Of a DNA stretch of 64,000 nt, positions 1 to 13,904 are shown in pieces (position 1 is the first letter of the stretch; each line of letters starts with the position of its first letter). The notes beneath the pieces are model-generated. The model did no database searches. It had not been told where the DNA came from and saw only the letters and a list, made by a program, of their open reading frames with translations. Location: the NCBI GenBank assembly GCA_016932015.1, contig JAFGDQ010000019.1, positions 11,214 through 75,213 of the forward strand. The letters are read 5' to 3'. Position numbers and translations under genes: made by a program. This DNA comes from Spirochaetota bacterium. GTDB taxonomy: Bacteria > Spirochaetota > UBA4802 > JAFGDQ01.

Positions 1-118
1 TTCCGCGGACTCATGTCAAGACTTGAGCAGGGTGAAAGACAGGTATGGATATGCAAATCGGAATTAATTGTATGAAGCACTATATTTTTTTCTCCGGAAC
101 ATGAGCGCGTAGCAAACT

Positions 119-463
119 TTATTTACTGCCGCTGATCCCCATTTCATATAACTTGCCTATCAGTTCAAAGGCAGGCAGTTTGCTTGATAATATAGTTACT
201 TTTTCTTCCTCCGCTTTTTTTATGGTAGCTTCTTCAGGTTCCTTGCCGTTTATCAGAATAATAGCGGAAAGGGACTTCATTACTGCTACAGCAACAATAT
301 TCTGATGCGACTGAAGCGTTATCCAGATATCTCCTGTGGATGCATTTCCCATAACATCGCTCAGCAGGTCGCTTGAATAACCTGATGTAATCTTGATATC
401 AAGATTACCAGCGCAGGTTTTTACGTCGAGATTGAGGTTATTAACTATTTCTTTTAATTCCAT
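119..463 (-). CDS. DRTGG-domain protein (regulatory module partner of CBS/GHKL proteins)
   Basis: 114 aa. ORF overlaps the downstream CBS-GHKL gene by 23 nt, so they are likely co-transcribed. Sequence pattern resembles DRTGG domains (ILINGKEP..., hydrophobic core). Confidence 0.4.
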   Translation of the reverse strand: MELKEIVNNLNLDVKTCAGNLDIKITSGYSSDLLSDVMGNASTGDIWITLQSHQNIVAVAVMKSLSAIILINGKEPEEATIKKAEEEKVTILSSKLPAFELIGKLYEMGISGSK

Positions 464-1373
464 TGTTATCCTCTGTACGTATTATTATTGTTAAAGTTGT
501 TCCTTTGCCCGGAGTGGAGTCGATTTCCATTTTATCGGAACATTTTTCAATATTGGTTAATCCCATTCCGGCTCCGAATCCCAGTTCCCGTATCCAGTCA
601 GAGGCAGTCGAGAATCCGGGCTGCATTGCTTTTTCAATATCTTCAATACCCGGGCCGGTATCCCTGGCTATACAAATTATCTGATCAGGAGTTATTGTGT
701 ATTCCATTGTTCCGCCATCAGCATGAAGAACTGCATTCATTTCAGCCTCATAGGAAGCTATTGCGAGTCTTTGAATAATACTCGAACGTATTCCAAGCCG
801 TTTCAAATTTCTCTTAATCTGAGTGGATGCTGATCCGGCATTCTCAATATCTTTTCCGATTACATTGTACCTGAGATTTATTTCCTTATAATCCGCATTA
901 ATATCTTCAAAAAAGTGGCTTGCTCTGTACTGGGGAATTTCATCCTCGCTGTTTTCAATTGCCAGCCTTTTAAGAAGTCCCTTAATAATTATTCCTTTTG
1001 TAACTATGCCGGCTAATTTGTTACTTTTATTCAGAACCGGGAATCTTCCGAAGCCGGATTCTTCAAAAATTTTTATTATATATACCAAAGGCTGGCTTGT
1101 GTAAAAACATGTGGGGTTTTTAGTCATTCGTTCCCCGACATAATAATTTTTACTGCCTTCATAAAGCCATCTGATAAGATCTTCAATACTTATAATGCCT
1201 ACCAGCTTCTCCCCATCAATAACAGGGGCGCCGGATATGTTGTGTTTTTTAAAAATTGTCAGTAATTCAGACATCCGGTTCTGCGGAGATACAGTAATTA
1301 CCTCTTTACGCATAACGTCGTCTATCCTCATTTCAAGCAGCAGTAACTGACGTTTTAAATCTATATCTTGCAT
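441..1373 (-). CDS. CBS-pair domain protein fused to GHKL (HATPase_c) anti-sigma-regulatory-factor-like Ser kinase domain
   Basis: N-terminal tandem CBS motifs (VMRKEVITVSP..., GAPVIDGEKLVGIISIEDL). C-terminal G-boxes of histidine-kinase-like ATPase (DTGPGIED, GFGAGMGL, GKGTTLTI). Confidence 0.6.
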   Translation of the reverse strand: MQDIDLKRQLLLLEMRIDDVMRKEVITVSPQNRMSELLTIFKKHNISGAPVIDGEKLVGIISIEDLIRWLYEGSKNYYVGERMTKNPTCFYTSQPLVYIIKIFEESGFGRFPVLNKSNKLAGIVTKGIIIKGLLKRLAIENSEDEIPQYRASHFFEDINADYKEINLRYNVIGKDIENAGSASTQIKRNLKRLGIRSSIIQRLAIASYEAEMNAVLHADGGTMEYTITPDQIICIARDTGPGIEDIEKAMQPGFSTASDWIRELGFGAGMGLTNIEKCSDKMEIDSTPGKGTTLTIIIRTEDNNGIKRNS

Positions 1374-1547
1374 TATAAGCCTTTTAACTGCAGAAATTAC
1401 GTATAGTTATTAAAAAAAGTATCAAAAATCCGGAATATATTTTAATTCGGGAAAAAACAGATGTTATGAAAAAATTTAATGCCGTATTATTGTTATCTTA
1501 TGAATTTTGATAAAATCAATACCGGAAAATTCAGGTGATTGCCGGAA

Positions 1548-1910
1548 TCAGCCGAGAATACAGGGTAATCCGTTTGAATATAATAATCCGCAGCTTTCAT
1601 ACATGCATTTATGCGTTAGTAAAAGCAGAATCTCTTCTTCTTTTGCAAGTTCCAGTACTTTTGTGTCAACATGCGGGCATTTATCGTTCTTAATTAATGC
1701 GACTGCTTTTATTCCGAAAACTGAAGCAGTATTAATTACCTGTGAATTGTTAAGGCCTGTCAATAAAAGATCCGGAACTCTGACCAAAGCAAGAATATTG
1801 CTCATAAGATCGCTGGCGGCAATGGAACGTATTTCCATCTCCATTTGCTGTTCATCCTGATAATAAAGAACCTCAGCTTCAAGTATTCTTTGAATATCTT
1901 TAATTTTCAT
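1548..1910 (-). CDS. DRTGG-domain protein
   Basis: 120 aa with a DLLLTG... core. Second DRTGG-type small protein in the same leftward module. Confidence 0.4.
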   Translation of the reverse strand: MKIKDIQRILEAEVLYYQDEQQMEMEIRSIAASDLMSNILALVRVPDLLLTGLNNSQVINTASVFGIKAVALIKNDKCPHVDTKVLELAKEEEILLLLTHKCMYESCGLLYSNGLPCILG

Positions 1911-2543
1911 TCAGGACTCTCCGGTAAAAGAATCGTCATCAGGACATTTGGATATATATGTTTTATAGTAATTCCGATTGAAAAAAATGATCAGAATTTT
2001 TAAAAGGAGATCTGATTTCATTTCTGTTTTTGCTGTATTTTAATTACAATAATTATTTTTTTTAAATCAAGTACTTTTATATAAACAAAAATAATAATTT
2101 GAAATATAATTATATTCCATTTAATTTCTGAAAAAGATGTAAAATCCGGGGAAGAAACTGTAAAATCAATCCTTTAATTTGTAAAAGCGGAAAAAAAATT
2201 GACAATAATAAAATTATCATGCTGGCTTTAACCAGGCTCAATAGAAAATCGGGAATCCATTCGTATTGCATGATGTAATAGGATGCTGCCTGGCGAATTT
2301 GCCTGAAATTTAGCAGGATGAACAAGCAAAAATCCGAACAAACAGCCAGCGTAAAAGGAAATAGCTATATATACTATAGCAGGTCTTCCAATTTTCCTTC
2401 GTGAAAATCATTTAATAGGAGTACATACAGGTACAGCCAGTTATGTTAGATGCGGAGGCAAAATTTGTATCCAATCTTGAAAAAAAACTGAATATATTAG
2501 TTTTAGAGTTTTAAAATATGGTATTATTAAGGAGGAAAATTAT

Positions 2544-2927
2544 ATGCCGAAATTAACTGTTGAAGATTTAAAAAAAATTAAGGAAAAGGTTCAGGCTACA
2601 ACAACTTTACGGGAAGGAAATCAGCGGGTTAAGATAACAGTTCATATGGGGACTTGCGGAATAACTGCAGGCGCAAGAGGAATAATGAATATTCTTTTAA
2701 GCGAAATAGAAAACCGGAATATATCCGATATAATTTTAACATCATCCGGTTGTGCAGGATTCTGCAGCCACGAACCAATGGCAACTGTTGAGGTCATAGG
2801 AGAAGCTCCTGTTAAATACATTGATTTAAATGAGGAAAAGATTCTGAGAATATTTGAAGAACATGTCTTGAATGGAAAAATCGTTGAGGAATATGCTTTA
2901 GCTATTGGCAGTGAGACTGCATATTAA
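2544..2927 (+). CDS. thioredoxin-like [2Fe-2S] ferredoxin (HydC/NuoE-like)
   Basis: 127 aa. Cys pairs HMGTCGITAG and SSGCAGFCSHEP are typical of thioredoxin-like 2Fe-2S ferredoxins. Strong RBS AAGGAGGA 8 nt upstream of the ATG. Confidence 0.6.
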   Translation: MPKLTVEDLKKIKEKVQATTTLREGNQRVKITVHMGTCGITAGARGIMNILLSEIENRNISDIILTSSGCAGFCSHEPMATVEVIGEAPVKYIDLNEEKILRIFEEHVLNGKIVEEYALAIGSETAY

Positions 2928-3011
2928 TATTATAAGAAATTTATTATCCGGTATTCAGCTCTTATAATTATCAGAGCTAAGATGCAGAGGAATATGCCGC
3001 TTTCCTACTGA

Positions 3012-3158
3012 AGCAATCAGCGGTACAAAAAAGAACCTCATATAATTGATCAGGAAGCCTGCATCAAATGCGGTCAGTATTACTCTTCGTGTAAATTTTC
3101 AGCTATTAAGGTTCAGAAATGTTTTAATAAAATATTTCTGCTGAACCGGATAATATAG
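3012..3158 (+). pseudogene. remnant of a 4Fe-4S ferredoxin / NuoF-HydB-like C-terminal domain (no start codon)
   Basis: Open frame without an ATG translates to ...YKKEPHIIDQEACIKCGQYYSSCKFSAIKV... This resembles the ID-x-E-x-C-I-x-C-G-x-C...CP ferredoxin motif, but the third Cys and the Pro are lost. It lies just 3' of the 2Fe-2S ferredoxin gene. Confidence 0.3.
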
Positions 3159-3181
3159 TGCTGTATAATAAAACAGCTGTT

Positions 3182-3463
3182 TTATTGAGCATTCATTAAG
3201 TAAATAACAACTGCAATTACGACAATAGCTGCTATTCCTATCATTAATGGAGCTTTACTTTTTTTTGCGTAAGAGCCTCCATTTTTGAATTTTGAACCTA
3301 AATCGGAAACCATAGGAGCATCGCGATTTGCAACAGGCCTGCCACATTTAGGGCAGTCCTGTGTCCATTCACTTACTTCTGCACCGCAGTGTACGCATTT
3401 TGATTTTACTGTCATTTTAATCCTCCAAAAAATATAAAAATCTTTGAGCTTTATCAAAATCAT
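3182..3463 (-). CDS. zinc-ribbon membrane protein
   Basis: 93 aa. CxxC...CxxC (CVHCGAEV...CPKCGRP) is followed by a C-terminal hydrophobic helix. Confidence 0.5.
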   Translation of the reverse strand: MILIKLKDFYIFWRIKMTVKSKCVHCGAEVSEWTQDCPKCGRPVANRDAPMVSDLGSKFKNGGSYAKKSKAPLMIGIAAIVVIAVVIYLMNAQ

Positions 3464-3811
3464 ACAAACGCGTCAATACTTTTTTGTTAAATTTTTCATA
3501 TAATAAATCGAATTTTGCCATAGTCAGAGTTTTTTGGAGATAAAAATACAATAATTAGAAAAAATATCCCAATATTTTATTTTCCAAAATAATATCAAAT
3601 AGTATTTTTTGAAAATATTACTGAGCTTTGATGAGATACAGGAAAATATTAATTAAAAATTAAATATAAAAAATTCTTGCAAAGTCATATTAAATAATTT
3701 AGATTGCCAGTAATTCTTACAAAGATATAAGTTATTTATACTTGATAATGTATAGTTAGAGTATTTTTAACAGCTGTAAGAAAGCATTTCTAATATTTTA
3801 AGAGGTTTGTT

Positions 3812-4024
3812 ATGTCAGAGCGTGAAACTGGTACTGTAAAATGGTTTAACAGTTCCAAAGGCTATGGATTCATTCAGCGTCAAGAGGGGGATGATATCTT
3901 TGTTCACTATAATGCAATTAATGGTGATGGATTCAGAACGCTGGAAGAAGGCCAGAAGGTTGAATTTGCTATAACTGAGACTGCTAAAGGTCTTCAGGCA
4001 GCAGATGTAAACAAAGTTGAATAA
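3812..4024 (+). CDS. cspA: cold-shock protein, CspA family
   Basis: 70 aa with the canonical RNP motifs KGYGFI and DIFVHY. The long AT-rich 5' leader (3464-3811) is typical of csp genes. Confidence 0.9.
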   Translation: MSERETGTVKWFNSSKGYGFIQRQEGDDIFVHYNAINGDGFRTLEEGQKVEFAITETAKGLQAADVNKVE

Positions 4025-4397
4025 TTATCCTGTTTTAAGAAAGTATGCTTAAGTAAGTATTGCTTCATATTATTGCCTTTTAAACTGCTTTCCTTCCCGC
4101 TATTATTCTACCCAGTTATTTAAGTCAAGATTATACAGGATTCCAGTTTATCAGAAGAGTATGAATGTTGATTATGATGATATTTATTTATCATACTTTT
4201 TAAAGATCATTATAATGATCATCTATGCTGCATTAAACAGCAATAATACAGGATAAGACTTAAGAAAGCGGGCGTTATTTAAGATAAGGCAGGCTTAGGT
4301 GAAAACCAGGCTTGCCTTATCTTATTATAAGGTAGTTGTATGTTTTATTCTGTATTTTTTCCGCAATGTGGCACTTTGTTTTTTCAGAAAATAAAAA

Positions 4398-4420
4398 CCG
4401 GTTAAAATATACCGGCTTTT
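4398..4420. terminator. putative bidirectional intrinsic terminator between convergent cspA and por
   Basis: A-run, then 5-bp stem CCGGT/ACCGG with an 8-nt loop, then T-run (aaaaaCCGGTtaaaatatACCGGcttttatttt). It sits between the converging gene ends. Confidence 0.35.
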
Positions 4421-4453
4421 ATTTTATTGAAAATTTTATTTTAAGCTGTTTGT

Positions 4454-8023
<3,570 letters not shown>

Positions 8024-8345
8024 TTATTTAATTTATTTCCTGCCTTAAACCTGTAATATTCAAAACCGTTTATTTTTTGAGTATACTTGCCCCTTAGGCA
8101 TAATTTTTAAAATTTACCTTAAATACAACTTTGGGCTTGTATGGAAAATATCGATTCTTGATCCTAAACAACCGGATCAATACTGATGATTATAAAATGA
8201 GTATATCAGGCTAAAAGAAAAAAGTCAAAGTGTTTCTGTGACAAATTTTAAACACGGGTTATTAAAAGTCAAATAATTTTAGGAAATAATCATATTTGGA
8301 TATTTGGCAATATTTTTGTAAAAAAGGTGTGTTTATCAAAAAAAA

Positions 8346-8720
8346 TTATCTTATAATATCTTCTATCAATTCAATTTTTTCTTTTTCTACAGACACAAGG
8401 TCAAATCTGTATTGATAAGTTTTGGAAAAAAATTCCGGATGAGTCCTGAGGAAATGACGCGCAACTTTTTTAAGTGTATTTTTTTTTCGATTTGTAATAG
8501 AATAACGGGCTCCGCCAAAAGCTGATCCGCTTCTGCTTTTTACTTCAGCGAAAACAATAAGATTTTCTTTTTTTGCAATCAGGTCTATTTCACCTATTGT
8601 ACTGAACCGGAAATTTTTTGAAAGTATATCAAATCCTATAGATTCATAGAAGGTTCCGGCTTTATTTTCACCCTTATTGCCGAGTTCTTTTTTGTATTTT
8701 GTATTGATTCTATTGTACAT
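8346..8720 (-). CDS. yraN: YraN family (UPF0102) endonuclease
   Basis: 124 aa. The conserved ...GEIDLIA...FAEVKSRS... core is typical of YraN. Confidence 0.8.
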   Translation of the reverse strand: MYNRINTKYKKELGNKGENKAGTFYESIGFDILSKNFRFSTIGEIDLIAKKENLIVFAEVKSRSGSAFGGARYSITNRKKNTLKKVARHFLRTHPEFFSKTYQYRFDLVSVEKEKIELIEDIIR

Positions 8721-8737
8721 TAAAATGCGGGAAGATA

Positions 8738-10012
8738 TTAAAATACTTCAAGAAGATTAATTCCCGCTTCTTTCTCATCAAGAACCTTTGTAATGAAAAA
8801 GGAGGGCTCATCAGGAAGGCTTACAATCTTTGTTTCTTCAAATCTTTTTTTATTAGCGTCAAATATAAGCTTAATGATTGGGCGAAGAGGTTTGTCCGGT
8901 GCAGAGCCGATAACTATGCCTACACTTTTATCGTTAAGTGCTACTATTGAGCCAATTGGATAAACAGACATTTTTGACATGAAAACACGGAGAATAACAG
9001 GATCAAATTTGTTTGATCCCAGAGAGATAAGATGTTTCATTGCATGATAAAACAGCTGTTTTTTCTTATAGCTTCTGTTTACTATCTGGGCTTCATAACT
9101 GTCGGCAATTGATGCAATTCGCGCATATTCACTTATCATGTTTCCTTTAAGTCCTCGGGGATATCCTGTCCCGTCGAACTGTTCATGGTGCTGCAGCGTG
9201 ATATTTGCAACAGATTCCTTTATTTTCCCGAGTTCTCTTAAGGACCTGTAGCCGTGAATCGGATGAGTCTTGATAAGGTTGAATTCCTGTTCGGTAAGTG
9301 TTGACTGCTTGTGAGTAATATAGACGGGGATTTTTGCCATACCCGCGTCAATTAGTAATGTACCAAGCCCTAATTCCCGTAATTTTGCAGGCGGGTATTT
9401 AAGCCCGAAACCGATTAATAATGCATAAAAAGTTACATTGACTGAATGGAACATCAGATAATTTTTGCCTTCATCAAGGCCGTAGAGAAATAAAAAAATA
9501 TTGTGATTGTCTTTCATCAGGTCAATTATTTCTGACAGGGAAAGCTCAAGATCATCAGGCATAAAAGGTTCGCTGTTTTTAATTGCACTGTATACATCTC
9601 CGACAGCTTTACAGGCCTTTCTGTGAATTTCGATGAGACGTTTTCTGTTTTTCAGCAGATTATTGTAGCTGGAAATTATCTTTCTTGAGTCAAAAGCAGA
9701 AGATTCTTCAGCTCTTTTTACATATTGTATAATTTCTTCTTTTGTTGCTATTAATTTTCCTGCAGTCTCTATATCGCTGACTCCCCATTTCATCAGCTTT
9801 TTAATATCTTCTTCTTTAATAGTAATATTGGCACCAATAAAAATATTATTGCTGTCAATATAAACCGGTTTGTCGAATCTCATTCCGGGTTTTAATTCTT
9901 CAACTTGAATTTTTCGCATATAGGAAATACCTTCCAAAAAACAAACTGCAACAAGCTTTGCCGGATTTTTATCTGTTTCTTTATGATCTGTCATGTCTTC
10001 CGGCAGAAACAT
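8738..10012 (-). CDS. HD-GYP domain c-di-GMP phosphodiesterase-like protein
   Basis: HD motif (HHEQFDGTGYPRGLKG) with the GYP signature. N-terminal uncharacterised sensory region. Confidence 0.8.
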   Translation of the reverse strand: MFLPEDMTDHKETDKNPAKLVAVCFLEGISYMRKIQVEELKPGMRFDKPVYIDSNNIFIGANITIKEEDIKKLMKWGVSDIETAGKLIATKEEIIQYVKRAEESSAFDSRKIISSYNNLLKNRKRLIEIHRKACKAVGDVYSAIKNSEPFMPDDLELSLSEIIDLMKDNHNIFLFLYGLDEGKNYLMFHSVNVTFYALLIGFGLKYPPAKLRELGLGTLLIDAGMAKIPVYITHKQSTLTEQEFNLIKTHPIHGYRSLRELGKIKESVANITLQHHEQFDGTGYPRGLKGNMISEYARIASIADSYEAQIVNRSYKKKQLFYHAMKHLISLGSNKFDPVILRVFMSKMSVYPIGSIVALNDKSVGIVIGSAPDKPLRPIIKLIFDANKKRFEETKIVSLPDEPSFFITKVLDEKEAGINLLEVF

Positions 10013-10091
10013 GCATAAATAAGGAGAGCCGGATGAGTGTTCCTGTCTTCAGAACAGTAGTCATTTTCTGTAAGAAGACGTGTAAAGGCTG

Positions 10092-10379
10092 CTAACTTAA
10101 TCCCTGATAATTTTCCTGTAATTTTTTTTTAAATTTTATATTAACATTATAACAATAAGCAAGTACTTCGGAAATAATACCAAATAAGTTTTCCGGAATC
10201 TGGTCGCCGGGTTTTATCGACGACAATACTTCAACAAGATCTGAATTATTATATATTGTTATATTATTTTCTCGTGCAATTTTAAGTAAATTGTCAACAA
10301 GAATTCCTCTTGCTGCGGCCAGGATTTCCGGTACTCCTTTGTCCGGAGAGTATTGAAGAGCGATTGCTTTTTTCCCCAT
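10092..10379 (-). CDS. FlhB C-terminal domain paralog (YlqH/FhiA-like, EscU/YscU switch-domain family)
   Basis: 95 aa matching the cytoplasmic C-terminal domain of FlhB (…GVPEILA…G…A…IA…N…I…L…). Position after rnhB mirrors B. subtilis ylqH. Confidence 0.8.
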   Translation of the reverse strand: MGKKAIALQYSPDKGVPEILAAARGILVDNLLKIARENNITIYNNSDLVEVLSSIKPGDQIPENLFGIISEVLAYCYNVNIKFKKKLQENYQGLS

Positions 10380-10394
10380 ATTAATAACAGACTT

Positions 10395-11468
10395 TTATAC
10401 TTTTAAGTCTAATAGATAATTCTGATTTAAAGATGAAATAATTTCAATGATTTTTTCTATTACGCGGACTCTGTTATGAAAAAAAACATGAACATTTTTA
10501 TTATAATAGTTTTTAATTCCTGAATAAAGGTCTGTTATATTTTTTTCAAGAAAGAGGTTTATATCTTTTTCATCACTGCAGAAAGATATTATAAGATTTG
10601 AACCTTCATCTCTGATTATAATATCAAGTTCACCAAGATGTGATAAATTTAGTGATATAAAAATGTTATTTTTATTGAATATGTAGTCACAGACTTTAAA
10701 TTCTTTTTCATCAAAATAAATGATATTTCCGAATGGAGAATTTTTGAGACTTTCTGAAAGTAAAAGATCAAGAAGAGGCCGTATATCATCTGTATTCTTT
10801 TTGTCTGTGATATTATTTTTTAATGAATTCATAAACTCATTGACGGTTTTCGACAAATTATCCCTGTCAAACAATAATTTTGATTTATAAAGAAGGCTAA
10901 AATCAGGGAGTAATTTTGATAATATGTCTGTAATACGGAAAGCCGGTAAATCTTTGCCGTTAATCAGGCTGCTAATAAGCTGAAGATTGCTGTATTTGAC
11001 TCCTTTTGTCAGGAGCAGATTGAAAAGAGCGGCTGTTTTTCTGCTGTTGTTTCTGCTGTCTGTCAATCCGGATAATTTAAGCAGGGCAGCATTAAGAGCA
11101 AAAATACTGTGGATGCTTTTTAATTCCGATTTTAATGTGTACAGCTTTCCTTTGTCAATATCGCTGTTATTTAAAACTGTAAACCTGATAATTTCACCTA
11201 TTATTTCACTGTCTTTTGAAGCGGAAATTTTAAAATAAAAGGTATTATTTACTTTCCGCTGAAGTATAAGATGAAGATTTTTTGAACCAGGAACTCCCTG
11301 AAGAAATTCAGCTTTTAGCCGTTTGCCTCCTATATCCAGAACTGCATTTTTATCGTTTAATACATTTATTATTCTAACATTCAGACTGCTATTCTGCTGA
11401 AGGGTCCTGAGCAGATCCTTTGATAATAAATGTCCGGGTAATTTGATTTGACTTTTCTGGATCTTCAT
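10395..11468 (-). CDS. hypothetical protein, YlqG-like partner of the FlhB-C paralog (possible FliK-like hook-length/secretion-substrate protein)
   Basis: 357 aa, N/K/L-rich with no recognisable catalytic motif. Synteny (rnhB-X-FlhBc) matches the ylqG-ylqH pair of Firmicutes. Confidence 0.35.
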   Translation of the reverse strand: MKIQKSQIKLPGHLLSKDLLRTLQQNSSLNVRIINVLNDKNAVLDIGGKRLKAEFLQGVPGSKNLHLILQRKVNNTFYFKISASKDSEIIGEIIRFTVLNNSDIDKGKLYTLKSELKSIHSIFALNAALLKLSGLTDSRNNSRKTAALFNLLLTKGVKYSNLQLISSLINGKDLPAFRITDILSKLLPDFSLLYKSKLLFDRDNLSKTVNEFMNSLKNNITDKKNTDDIRPLLDLLLSESLKNSPFGNIIYFDEKEFKVCDYIFNKNNIFISLNLSHLGELDIIIRDEGSNLIISFCSDEKDINLFLEKNITDLYSGIKNYYNKNVHVFFHNRVRVIEKIIEIISSLNQNYLLDLKV

Positions 11469-11482
11469 TACAGAGAATTCCT

Positions 11483-12139
11483 TTATAAAATAGTTACTGA
11501 ATTATAAATCTGGCTTACAGGCTTGTATGTCTTTCTGTGAATTGCACTCGGGCCAATGGAATATATTGCATTAATATGTTCCTTTGTCCCGTAACCCATG
11601 TTTTTTGAGAAGGAATAACCCGGATATTCTTTATCAAATTCGGCCATCAGCCAGTCTCTGTTAACTTTTGCGAGAATGGAACCGGATGCAATTGAAAAGG
11701 ATTTCTGATCGCCCTTTATGATGGAATGATACGGGATGTCGAGGCTGAATCTGAAGTTGCCGTCTATAATAACAACATCAGGGACCGGAGTTGCTTTTTG
11801 AAGGAGCTGTTTTACAGCATATTCTGTCGCTGCATTAACATTCATTCTATCTACTGTTTCATGCGGTATAACGGCAAAGCCGCAGTATACAGCTGTCTTA
11901 TTAATCAGATGTAATGCTTCAATTCTTTTTTTCTGAGTAAGTTGTTTTGAGTCTTTAACATGAGCGGTAAGTTTTTCGGGAGGGTTTTGAATATGTGACT
12001 TGCTGTAGATTGCAAGACCGACAACCAGGGGGCCTGCAAGCGCCCCCCTGCCTGCTTCGTCAATTCCGGCGATAAAATTATAATTTTGTGCTAATAATTC
12101 CTTTTCAATATCAAATGAGATATTATCAGGCACAGACAA
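11483..12139 (-). CDS. rnhB: ribonuclease HII
   Basis: DEAGRG active-site motif (IAGIDEAGRGALAGPLVV). Confidence 0.9.
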   Translation of the reverse strand: MSVPDNISFDIEKELLAQNYNFIAGIDEAGRGALAGPLVVGLAIYSKSHIQNPPEKLTAHVKDSKQLTQKKRIEALHLINKTAVYCGFAVIPHETVDRMNVNAATEYAVKQLLQKATPVPDVVIIDGNFRFSLDIPYHSIIKGDQKSFSIASGSILAKVNRDWLMAEFDKEYPGYSFSKNMGYGTKEHINAIYSIGPSAIHRKTYKPVSQIYNSVTIL

Positions 12140-12141
12140 AT

Positions 12142-12606
12142 TTATTCACTCGTTTCTTCCGTTTTCGGTTCTTCAGCAATCTGGTCTGCTACAGGCTCAA
12201 CAGGCTGTTCCGGCTGTGCAGCAATAACATCAGCTTTATTTTTAGCCTTTTTTTCTGTTGAAATACGTCTTTCCTTGATTTTTGCTGATTTTCCTGTTCT
12301 TTCTCTAAGGTAATAAAGCTTTGCCCTGTTTGTTTTACCTTTTCTTATGACTTCAATTTTATCAATTCTTGGTGAAAAAACAGGGAAAACACGTTCAACG
12401 CCGATATCAAAAGATATTTTTCTGACAGTAAATGTTTTACTAATGCCTTTATTGTTTATTGCAATAACGATACCTTCATAAACCTGTATTCTTTCTCTGT
12501 TTCCTTCTACTATTTTATAATGAACTTTTACTGTATCACCAATTTCAAATTCTACTGCTCTTTCAAGAGGCATGATTCTTTTTTCTGTTGATTGTATAAT
12601 ATCCAT
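12142..12606 (-). CDS. rplS: 50S ribosomal protein L19 with a C-terminal acidic/lysine-rich extension
   Basis: N-terminal 115 aa are canonical L19, followed by a ~40-aa extension. Confidence 0.9.
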   Translation of the reverse strand: MDIIQSTEKRIMPLERAVEFEIGDTVKVHYKIVEGNRERIQVYEGIVIAINNKGISKTFTVRKISFDIGVERVFPVFSPRIDKIEVIRKGKTNRAKLYYLRERTGKSAKIKERRISTEKKAKNKADVIAAQPEQPVEPVADQIAEEPKTEETSE

Positions 12607-12609
12607 TTT

Positions 12610-13323
12610 TCACTCCTTTTTTTCCGTATCCCGGGAATTATTCTCTAAATATTTTTTATATAAATCAGGTCTGATTTTCCTGGTTTTATCTATTGCTTGC
12701 TGTAAACGCCATTCTCTGATTTTTTTATGATTACCACTTAAAAGTATATCAGGTACTGAATATCCATCAATTTCTGCAGGCCTCGTATACTGAGGATATT
12801 CAAGCAAATTATTTTCAAAACTTTCCTGCTCCAGGGAATCCGGATTGGACATAAACCCCGGAATATATCTCGAAATTGAATCAAGTATTACTAGTGCTGC
12901 GTATTCACCGCCGGAAACTATGTAGTCTCCGATAGAAATTTCATAATCGACATATCTGTCAATAACTCTTTGATCCAGTCCTTCGTAATGTCCGCAAATT
13001 ATGCAGATATCGTCCAGTTTGGAAAAATCCTTTACAATATCCTGATTATAAACCATTCCCGCAGGAGAAGTTAAAATAATTTTTGTATTATCTTTCCTGC
13101 CGGATTCGATTGCTCTGAAAAGCGGTTCCGGTTGAAGAACCATTCCTGTTCCGCCGCCGTAGGAATAATCATCACATCTGTGAAATTTGTCGGACGAAAA
13201 TTTTTTCAGATCAATAATTTCAACTTTTATTTTCAGGTCTCGAACAGCTCTCCCGAGAAGGCTGGATTGTAAAGGGCTTTCAAAAAAGTCAGGAAATAAC
13301 GTTATAATTTTGAATAATTTCAA
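12610..13323 (-). CDS. trmD: tRNA (guanine37-N1)-methyltransferase
   Basis: SPOUT-fold TrmD signature (IICGHYEGLDQRV, GGTGMV). Confidence 0.9.
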   Translation of the reverse strand: MKLFKIITLFPDFFESPLQSSLLGRAVRDLKIKVEIIDLKKFSSDKFHRCDDYSYGGGTGMVLQPEPLFRAIESGRKDNTKIILTSPAGMVYNQDIVKDFSKLDDICIICGHYEGLDQRVIDRYVDYEISIGDYIVSGGEYAALVILDSISRYIPGFMSNPDSLEQESFENNLLEYPQYTRPAEIDGYSVPDILLSGNHKKIREWRLQQAIDKTRKIRPDLYKKYLENNSRDTEKKE

Positions 13324-13373
13324 TTATTTCTTTAAGGCCTTTTAAAAAAATATCCCGTTTCATTAAATTATAT

Positions 13374-13904
13374 TCAGTCCAGCAGACCATCAATGGGTGT
13401 AATATCAATTCTTCCGCTGAAAATATTTTCCGTTTTAACCATTGAATGTATGAAAGGGACTAAGAATTCGTTTGTTTCTTCATCTTCGATGATGAGTACG
13501 CTGTTTTCTCCTGCTTCAATAATTTCCTTAACAAATCCGAAAAATTTATCCTTATAAAAGACCTGGCATCCTATAAGATCACTATGATAGAAAACATCGT
13601 CTCCGAGGTATTTTCTGGTTCTCTCTGCCTCATCTTTAGTAATGAATAACTCTGAACCGCACAGTTCCTCGGCAATGTCTCTGTTATCAATGCCGTCCAG
13701 TTTAATAAGCGAGTTTTTGCCGGCCTTTTCAATAAATTCGGTACATAAAAACTCTTTATAATCATCGCCAATCTTTATATACAAAGAATTTCCCGGTGTA
13801 AATCGCTCAATAATATCTGTTATTACTGTTATTTTCAGGCGTCCAGTGAGTCCATGTGCACCTGAAATCCGGGCAATTCTTAAAAACCGGGCACCTGCTT
13901 TCAA
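13374..13904 (-). CDS. rimM: 16S rRNA processing protein RimM
   Basis: G(A/L)HGLKGE motif (GAHGLTGRLKI). Position between the KH protein and trmD. Confidence 0.85.
   Translation of the reverse strand: MKAGARFLRIARISGAHGLTGRLKITVITDIIERFTPGNSLYIKIGDDYKEFLCTEFIEKAGKNSLIKLDGIDNRDIAEELCGSELFITKDEAERTRKYLGDDVFYHSDLIGCQVFYKDKFFGFVKEIIEAGENSVLIIEDEETNEFLVPFIHSMVKTENIFSGRIDITPIDGLLD

Noticed and set aside
1-10. TCCGCGGA palindrome at the very start of the window, related to the half-sites at 49854-49876
   Set aside because: It is a single 8-mer at the window edge with no context. A SacII-site palindrome is expected a few times by chance.
463-778. 73-aa and 96-aa plus-strand ORFs
   Set aside because: They are antisense shadows inside the CBS-GHKL gene. 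They have no RBS and are Pro/Arg-rich.
2110-2325. 71-aa hydrophobic ORF in the 630-nt AT-rich gap
   Set aside because: It has no RBS, an AT-rich biased composition and poly-Leu/Ile content typical of random ORFs in AT-rich DNA.
10395-11468. Assigning the 357-aa protein as flagellar hook-length control protein FliK
   Set aside because: The assignment rests on adjacency to the FlhB-C paralog only. The sequence is low-complexity and no FliK C-terminal motif could be recognised. It is left as a YlqG-like hypothetical protein.
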